Origin: Eledone cirrhosa
Lineage: Eukaryota
DNA length: 64,000 nt
Reading direction: 5' to 3'
Assembly (NCBI GenBank): GCA_964016885.1
Contig: OZ024740.1
Location: 234,174,001 to 234,238,000, forward strand
The notes beneath the pieces were generated by a model. That model was not told the origin of the DNA. It saw only the letters and a list, made by a program, of their open reading frames with translations, and did not search any database. The translations under genes and the position numbers were made by a program. Of this stretch, positions 53,715-64,000 are shown piece by piece (positions within the stretch are counted from its first letter, which is position 1; each line of letters begins with the position of its first letter).

Positions 53715-53806
<92 letters not shown>

Positions 53807-54061
53807 GGAATACTGTTGGCTTTTTGCTACAATAATCTCTATACTTTTCATTTATATATATATATATATACATGTTCAAATATATTACACAAATAGAAGT
53901 GTGTTACACAGTGAAATGTGTGTAAAGGATTATTACAAGTGATTTTACCGTTACTGTATAGAAAACAATATCTACAGGTTTAGCAATTAAATAGAAAAAA
54001 ACCAAAGTCAGAATCAAATCACTGAAGTAGAGTTTTAAATTACTAACCTTATAACTATAAG

Positions 54062-54136
54062 TTTGCTGATACGAATTAAGTTCGTTTCGCCACAGAAATG
54101 TGCAGTTTAACAGCCACAGGTTCATCAGTCAGCAAA
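54062..54136 (-). ncRNA. Type I hammerhead ribozyme motif
   Basis: Minus strand TTTGCTGA-CTGATGA-acc..ggc-GAAA-CGAA cttaa TTCG-TA-TCAGCAAA; 8-bp stem I, full stem III. Confidence 0.78.
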
Positions 54137-54501
54137 TGTGGATTCTGTTTACTACACATCTAGCCTCATGGATAGAGAGAAAGCTAATATACACACTGCC
54201 CAGGGTAGGGCGAAATCACGTGTTATTTGCATCAAATAACGGTTCTCGTGGATTGGGGAAAATGCTAGAGAGAGCAGCCCAACCATTCGAATTTATTAGC
54301 TCAACAATTTGGAGTTCGTTAAGTACAAGGATCGGTTCTTCTTTGAGCTAATATTATTATTATTATTACTGTGAACTGCGAAATAATCTTAATTCCGATC
54401 CTTGTACTATATATACATGTATATATATATTTGGCAATATACCGTATGTTTAATTAAAAACATTTAGAAGACCATACGCTATCAGTTTTAAAGTAGTGAC
54501 T

Positions 54502-54572
<71 letters not shown>

Positions 54573-54574
54573 GC

Positions 54575-55935
<1,361 letters not shown>

Positions 55936-55949
55936 TGTGTGTGTGTGCG

Positions 55950-56033
<84 letters not shown>

Positions 56034-56699
56034 TTTGTGTGTATGTATAGCATCATTATCATTAAGTGACACTAATCAAGGTAGACAGTGCAACTTCCAC
56101 TCGGAGCTCCCGATTCTAACTACTGTATCAACATTTCACAATTCATATCTTGTATCTTTTGAGTTGACCTTTCCATATAAGTTGAGACCTTTCCCACCAG
56201 TTAATCGGGTTTTCCACAGGTGGTGTCTAGATATCTAGCTCTACAATGTGCCTCACTTTCTCTCTATTCTTACGTATGCCAGCATTTTCCACTCTACTCC
56301 TATGTATGCCAGCATTTTCCACTACGTGGACCACACTTACCCATCCCAAATCATGTGAGAAATTATGACATCGTTCGACTCTCTTCGTCACAAAGCTGCA
56401 ACGCTTAAATTATAGATCGTAGAAAACTGTTATATATTTAATTTAATTGCACAAATTTATATGAAACTGTGACCGTTAAGGTTCAATAATGCTTTTCTGA
56501 GGCCTAAGTTCTAGGTTTATGGGCCTTAATGGTAGTGCCAGCCTTGGAACATCCAAATGATAAAAGATGACACCAGTTCGTATTTTGCTCAAAAGCAGTG
56601 TCTAGCAAATTATACATTGAGCTGCCATAATTTTTTGTAATGCATGTGATCAAACTAAGTATGGTGTGATTAAAAGAATAATTGGCTGCTATTTCAAAC

Positions 56700-57128
56700 A
56701 GATTGTGTAACCGCACAGAGGCTCCTACGTTAGATCGTGCCGTGGTATACGTCGGCAAATCAATTGCAATAAAACATGGGAAATAACTTTATCAGTCGCA
56801 GAGATTTAGGAAACAGGGGAGACAACTGACCTGAGCGCCATCATTTATTATGAATCTTTTATGGCGTTTTATTTTATGATATGGAAGATCAATTGATTAA
56901 CTTTCAGCGTGATAGTTTACATGAGGTAGCAAGGTTAATTGACGGCTAAAGTAGATTAAATACCATAGTCAGGAGCGTCCTACGAGAACACTCACTGTAA
57001 GAAATAGCTGCCGAATTTTCCTCAAATCGTAAAAAGAATATCAGTTGTTGTTTTCCTTTACCAATAAATCAGTTCTAATTGTGCAGACTTATATTTACAG
57101 ACGTTCCAGCTATAGCCATCATATCATA
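56700..57128. repeat. Right arm of the inverted duplication, abutting the truncated Helitron
   Basis: Reverse complement of 50920-51335. Confidence 0.92.
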
Positions 57129-57129
57129 A

Positions 57130-60100
57130 TTTGTTAATCGACATGGCGAAACTGAACGGAGAGGAAATTACAGCCTTCTGAATGTGTAAGGAATGTCTTT
57201 ACCGGATGGAATGAGAGGTATCCTTGGTATGAAGACAGTATTCCCCTTACCACATCCTGTAAGTATTGTTGCCTCAATAACATGAGGCATCGCCTTTTGG
57301 ACGACCAGGCGCGTGCTGTTGGAAAGCCTTCGGGGTTCCAAATTCCTGAGGGGCATGACAGGGGCACCTTTTTAAATTCGCAGTAAGTGTGGTGGCAATC
57401 CGGGAGGGTCTAGGGAGTTAAGAAATTCTGTGGGGTAATTAACAACTTCGTCCGGATCAGTCATAGAGTCAAGAGACTTGTAGACGTGCAGGTTTCCAGG
57501 CAAGCACAGCATGAGTTGTTCATTGATGTTTCCAACTATGTGGTTTTTCGAAGCCAATATTGCACGTTCTCAAAACCACTCTTGATTTGTGTAGTTCTCA
57601 AGATTAGGAAAAACAGACGTTCGTAACTCAGCAATTGACTTAACGCATCTGCAAATATCTGTGAGGTACGCTGCACCCTCTCCATCGAGTGGGACTTTGC
57701 CATCTCCCAACGACAAAATGACAGCAGCAAAACCCGCTGATGTCTCATCACCTTGCAGTTGTGCTCTCATACTTGTTGTAAGCGTCAGCTTTTTAACATA
57801 ACGCCAAAGTGGGGAGGCCTGAAGGCATGCACCAACCTCATCATTCCGCGCACCTTTTGGGATTACAGGCAGAGTCTGTCAGAAGTAACCAGATAACAGG
57901 AAAGTGACACCTCCCATTGGTTCTTTACAGTCCATGATGTCTCTGAGAAACCGGTCTAATGCCTCGAAAGCCACCTTGTGGGCCATTGTGCATTCGTCCC
58001 AAACAATTAGTAGACAGCGCTTTAACACCAGTGCTTTTCCGGAAGACTTGCTGATGCTGCACGTGGGTGTCTCAGATGATGCCACGTTGAGAGGAAGACT
58101 GAAGGCAGAATGGGCCGTCTTGCCACCAGGCAGCAAAGTTGCTGCAATGCCGGAAGAAGCCACGGCCAATGCGATGCTTCCGTGTTGTCTCACTGCAGCG
58201 AATAAAAGTTTAATTACAAATGTTTTACACGTGCCTCCAGGTGCGTCCAGGAAGAATATACCCCCTCCTGATTACCGATGGAATCAACGACAATGTTGTA
58301 GGCTTGTTTTTGATCCATTAGAAGTTTTGGTTCATTCTCTTCAACATCCCTTTTGAGTTCATCGACATCATATGACGTTTCACGTATAATGTTGTTGGGA
58401 ATGTCAGGTGGCGCATCTCGAAGTGTTCGCAGAAGCCCATATTTTTCCAAGACATCTCCGCCCATTGAAGCCACTCTGTCTTCAATATCGATCAGAGCTC
58501 TGTTATATATAACCTCTGAAAAGCCGACATCTAAGTTTGGAGATTGCAATTGAGCGAGACGCCTATATTCGTCTGCGAAATCATCTTTAAACTTTTGCCA
58601 TAAAGAGTAAGTGTCGTTCAATTCACAGACGTGCAAGAGGATAGAAAAAGTGTCCTTAGACTACGGGATGATTGTGAGATGGCAGCTTCCGTCAAGGTTG
58701 CATCCCATTGTGCGTCATCTTCTAAAAGTCCACGCCTCAAGCAGGCTCCCCTGTCCGTTCCGCAGGCGTATCCATCGACGGTTCTCAGATGAATGAAGCT
58801 GGTCGGCCCTCTTACCTCATGAAGCAGAAGTCGCAGGTAGAAGCATTCGTGTTGGGTAGGGTGGACCGTATAACCTCGCCCAAGGCAATTGAGGAATTTG
58901 ATGCCTGGATGTCCAACCACCTCTTGCCCTACCTTCCTTCGTAGTCATTTTGTCCGATTCCATGTATAGTAAGGCGGTATTTCAGAATACAGCAGAGTTC
59001 GAGCGAAGTCGTCGTGTTGACAAAGTTTGAAAAAAGTGGTGAGTGTAGTTTCCTTTGGTGAGATCGCTAGCTGAGCAGCTGTTGCATCGTTGAAATACAC
59101 CCGTTGACCGTTTTCAAGGTGAACGGCAAGTTGTTTAATGACGGAGTGTCGTTGGTGCAGTGGGAAGCTAAAAATGCGCCAAAACGTTTCATTGCTGCTA
59201 ATGTACCGGCCTGCTTGGTAGTCAGATACCTCGTCTCTACTGTTTTCATGACGAAGACCAAAGACGGCAGCATCCGATCCCTTGTTTACGTACTTACAAA
59301 CGTATTTAATTGATTTTACTGAGTTGCAAAATTCGACGTTTATATCGGCGTTGAACGCTTTCAAGAGGAGGGGGCAATATGGCACTATCCAGCTGTTGTC
59401 GATTTCGCGTTCGCCAACTTTTGCTGTGAACCCACTGTCTTCGTGTCTCCTGCGCCTATACAACGGATATCCGTCACCGCCAGTCTGTGTTTCCTGTAAA
59501 AGCGGCCTGGGATATCGTTTTGTACACTTTCCGTTGTGTATGCACGGGGGCTTCATATTGAGTCCATGTCCGCAAGGAGCATGGACCATGTTTGATGTGA
59601 CTATAGAGAAGAGGTCCTTGTCAATCGACGGATCAGGTAGTTCGGCAGAAATGAATTTGTTGATGTAGTTTGAACTGATTTTTGTAACCAAACAAATCAA
59701 GATATGGGCATGCGGCAGCCCTCGTTTCTGCCATTCAACCGTGTACATGTCGCACCTGACACGCCCAAAACCCTGTCCTTTCTTTAATAAATCCATTAAT
59801 TTGGATAATTTCAGGCGAAACACTCTTGCTATGAGATCGTGCCTGTATCTTGGCGCTTGACCGTAGAACAGATCGTTTGTAATCTCCTTCCACTCGGGGC
59901 TCCCATAATGTCGTACGTAACTCATGGCGTCCTGAGTCCTCTCATGCCTGTATCGAGGTCCCCCTCTGTACGTTGAAGGCAAAATACACACTTGCCCTAA
60001 ATTGTCTGGGGATACGTCGTTGTTAATTCCATCGCGTAGATGAATGTAGAATTCAGATCGAAGTTTCTTTTGATTTAATTTAATGAACCATAATCTCTCC

Positions 60101-63100
60101 GACTCCATTTTAACGGCCATATCAACAGCAAATTATTGGAAAAGGTCCCGAGAACGGTGTAGATGGTTGAATGAATTGTCCCTTACCATAAATCGGAAAG
60201 CGTAGAAATCCATGCAGGTGACAGTTTTCCTAAGATGTGCCACACCATTGCCTGCTGAATGTTGAGGAATGCCGAAATGGTATCCGTCCTCGCCGTTGAC
60301 AAATAGCAATGGATACAGGAATGCATCATAGGACCTGTGTCTCATTGATACGCTGTAATGTGCTGTCTCGGTGCTTTTAGAATGATATATTGTGCTGTTC
60401 ACCACAAATAACCGCAGCAATATCATTACATCTTGGTGCGTTGAACCGACCAGCGTGTTCTCCAGATGGTCTTCGGTCAGCATGTATGACCACACTAAAG
60501 TTTGGGTCGGTGGCTGTTTCCAAAGCGTACTTGAAACTGCGAACATAGCTGTTTTTGTCATGAAACATTTCTTGAAGTTTTATAATGGTTTCAATGTTAG
60601 TTTCGGACGAAATAGAATTTCGCATCTCTGCCCGCTCCTCATAGTTTCCAACGAAGTATAACTGAAGAAATTGAGGATCCTTTTCTGCCAGAGGCCGAAT
60701 AGACCCAATCAAGTGGTAGATCTGCCCTGGACCTTGAAAGTTGGCATGAACCCACGTTCCGAGGCAAGCTTTACTCCGAAGGATGTCATCTGAAACGCGG
60801 AATTGTATCGGCGGATATTACGCAGAAACTTCGATGATTCCTCCGTCGTGTCTGTCAAAAGGAGTTGCAATGTCTCTGGAGGGTTGTGAATAGGAGGTAG
60901 TCACTTTACCGTTTGAACAGAACATTCCATGTCTCTCCCCTAGGCCACTTTTTCGTACGACAAAACTGGCAAGTAGAGGTCATTTCCCCAATTTGAATAT
61001 CTGCATGGACGGCGTAGTCAGAGGAGGGGTCGTAGTTAAAGGCCTTCAACAACCATCGTGAATTGCAATCCCTAGAAATGCCACATAACGATGATCGCCG
61101 CTGTTCACTTTGCAGAAGTCGGCCACGTCGTTGCTCTATGGTTTCAGTAGTTCGTGCAGCATCAGTGGCAGCGGCGCCCCTGCTTCGTCGAACGGTGCGT
61201 CGTCCTTCATCCTCTCGAGCGCAAGCAGCGGATGTTGCAGTGGCGTCCCTGCTTCATCGAACGGCGCGTCGTCCTTCATCCTCTCGAGCGCGAGCAGCGG
61301 ATGTTGCAGTGGCGTCTCTGCTTCGTCGAACGGCGCGTCGTCCTTCATCCTCTCGAGCGCGAGCAGTTCACGCGAAGTTCACGCCGACTGTCATCTTCCT
61401 CCGCTCTTGCAGCTGCCGTCTGCACAGCATTCTGTGAGAGCCTGATCGCAGTCGCATTTACATCTTCGGTGAGACGCCTTCGCTTAGACCTACTTGCATC
61501 ATTAAATAATCGACCAATGAAAGTTCTTTTCTTGGGGAGCATTGTTTTTAGAAAATTAACTAGGGAGAACGATAAATAGTGGACAAATAACGTTTAAGTA
61601 AGCAAATCTAAACACGGATATAAATTGTGAAAAAATGTGATAAATCTATGTGGTCTGAGAAAGTGGGTATGTTTTGCAAGATTTTGTGTACCAGTCAAAT
61701 TTCAGGTTTTAAGTTAGGGGCAACGCAGCGTACGGACTACCTGTGATAAAGGAAATTAAATAGTGCGGCTACAGTGATAGGTATATAAGTGTCAGTATGT
61801 TTGTTCAGTTCGAACATAGCAATAAGTAAGTACTAACCATTGAAAGGATACAGGCAAAAATGGCCGAAAAATCACAGCATGATAAACTGGAACCTTATGA
61901 CCATAAATATATTAACTAAACCTCCTTTAAGGTGACAAATGTTGAAGAAGCATGCGTTTCAGAAACATGGGGTAGTTTATGAGAGTATGCATGTAAAAAG
62001 GTCTACCACTTGTCAAAAGCCAAAACAGAAGTGTGATCCTAGGTCGGACTTGACCGATATAAATAGAAGTGATTTCGCTCAATGAACAACACTCGAGTTG
62101 TCTGATTGGTTAGATAATACAAATAAGTGTGATGAAATCTGCTGAGCACAACTCACTGATGTGTGGTTGGCCAGAGGTCGCCATTTCGCACTTAATTGAG
62201 GTGTAATGAAACGGGGAGACAACCGGGTGCAAAAACGAATCAATCATTCGCACAGTTTAGGCATGAGTGTGAAATAGCACATTCCACATACAGTAGGCGT
62301 TAAAATTTACACCTGGGTTAAATCGCACTTTCTTGATTACGAGTATCAAATGACGCCAAAGTTGAAGGAAAAAAATTTAACTCCCCATTCCGCACTTAAT
62401 TGTGGTGCAATTACACGGAGGAGACAACCGGGTGCAAAATTAAATTCAATCATCCTAAAGTTAACTAAACAAACTAAAGTTAAGTCAGGGGGATTTAAAA
62501 ATTCGCTACTCCATTTGTAGGACATGAGTAACCGATGCGTCAACTTTCGTTTAAATTGACTTTTATTTCCAGAAGTTGAAATGCTTTGCTGCGACCATAA
62601 TATGAACTTTAAAAGTGGTCCAACGGGGCTCACTGCCCTCCCTAGGGGGTTCTCTTTCAAACTTCAAGTGATAACGAATGTGTGGTGCTTTATCTTATGG
62701 CAGGCAATAACCATTTCGTTTAGTTTTTGTAAGAATCAAGTATAAACTCCCGAGGTTATGGTGCTTTTTTATTGTGGCAGTTTGAACTTTTATAGGTTAA
62801 TGAATTAGGCTTATTGTCCCCGAGGGGGGTCTTCTTGCTGAATTGAAATGAAAGTAAATGTGCCTCACTGTATCTTCATCTGTAGTACATGAATAACAAC
62901 TAAGTCGAAATTCATTTTATTGGACTACCAATTATCGAAGCTTTGCTGCATTACAATAGTCAAATTCAATAAATGATTGCCGAGGCTTACTGCCCCCTGG
63001 GGTCCCTTGCTTATTCCGGGTATAGACAGTGTCTTCAACATCATCTTTAGGCAATGGGTAACCAATGTTTCCGGTAAAGTTCCGGTAAATCGAACGTAAA

Positions 63101-63735
63101 CTTCAAAAGTTATCAGATACTAATACAGTGTTAATGTGAACTTCAATAGATAAGTCGAAGGGGATTACTGCCCCCCCCCCCCCCCCCCCCCCACATGTCC
63201 CCTTGATAAGTTCAAGTAAAAGTTCATGTGTTCACCTTCCTTTATAAGCCATGGGTAACCAATACGTCTTGCTTCGTGAAAACCAAATACTAACTCAAGC
63301 AGTTATGGCGTTTTGTTGCGTTGATGATATCAACTTCAACATTCATCAAGTTGGTTTACTCCCCCCCCCCCCAAGGGGTCCCCTACCTGAATTTCCTGCG
63401 CAAGTGCATGCCTGCAAATTTATTTGTAGGCCATAAGCAAACAAAAGATTAATTTTGGTGAAAATGGGAGGCAAACTGCAGGAATTATGGAGCCTTTATG
63501 CAGTAGTACTGAGAACTCCAAGCGAGAGGCTTAAGGGGGTTATCTGTCACTGGGGGGGGGGGGGGTTCCATAATCGATGTACGGAAAAATAAAATACCCT
63601 ACGACGCGTAATAGGACTTCAGAAACCTATGTATGAAATTTGGTGCAAATCGGTTGTAAAATGTAGAAATGCATGCGGTTACACAGACAAACAGACAGAC
63701 AGATAGACAGACATCTTCTGTTTTATATAGAGAGA
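57130..63735 (-). mobile_element. Helitron (Rep/Pif1-helicase), decayed, 3'-truncated
   Basis: Frameshifted RepHel ~61542-57134: HUH VEWQKRGLPHAHILI, KYVCKYVNKG, DAPGGTCKTF, AVASSGIAATLLPGGKTAHS, WDECTM, VFIPRIPLIP; 5' terminus TCTCTCTATATAAAAC at 63735 directly after an A. Confidence 0.93.
61150..61368. repeat. 63-bp tandem repeat x3 in the Helitron N-terminal coding region
   Basis: GCTTC.TCGAACGG.GCGTCGTCCTTCATCCTCTCGAGCGC.AGCAG repeated. Confidence 0.9.
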
Positions 63736-63795
63736 TTACGAAGATAAAACATGCTCGCGCTTTAAAAACCTTTCTGTGGGCCGCAAGCATGCTTG
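63736..63795 (-). mobile_element. Left part of a hAT MITE (same family as 29413-29632), target of the Helitron
   Basis: Minus strand ..GAGCATGTTTTATCTTCGTAA| matches 29497-29517. Confidence 0.75.
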
Positions 63796-64000
63796 CAAAG
63801 GGCCGCATGTTTTTATTCCTGGTATAATTGTTTCTACTTTTGGCATAAGGCCAGCAATTACCCCAGTGCATTACACATAGTATAATGCAGTTTTGATGGT
63901 ACAATGCTTTATTTTTAAAATGTTGGAATGTCTTTCATCATAGATTAGTTCAACCACGATTTATCCAGATGCTAAACAACAACATTGAGTCAACATTTTT

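Noticed and set aside
57879-60120. Host PIF1 helicase gene
   Set aside because: Intronless, frameshifted, fused to a HUH Rep domain with a TC terminus: a Helitron.

Overview
Eukaryotic, AT-rich, microsatellite-saturated genomic DNA that looks like a coleoid cephalopod (Octopus-like; inferred from the SINE families, the (TA)/(CA)/(CATA) load and the short tandem C2H2 gene). Only one host gene is supported: a 10-finger C2H2 zinc-finger coding exon (38814-39665, +). The rest is layered mobile DNA. It includes tandem R4/Dong-like RLE retrotransposons sitting in (TAA)n and (CATA)n tracts, and two RTE-like LINEs: one with three C-terminal C2H2 fingers, the other 5'-inverted with a 12-bp TSD. There are also non-autonomous RTE derivatives, a CRE-like fragment, several Penelope-like elements (PLEs), a Gypsy integrase-PPT-LTR-PBS fragment, a hAT remnant, MITEs, a 6.6-kb decayed Helitron and about 20 tRNA-type SINE copies or fragments. 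The most striking pattern is a dense set of hammerhead-ribozyme (HHR) motifs, about 15 complete, degenerate or partial, including U3-A8 core variants with palindromic stem III. They lie in PLE pseudo-LTRs and in short foldback elements embedded in (TA)n. One well-formed HHR lies on the sense strand ~100 nt after the first AATAAA downstream of the ZNF gene. A ~415-bp inverted duplication abuts the truncated Helitron. Coordinates were read by eye (usually within a few bp at termini); no database or folding program was run.
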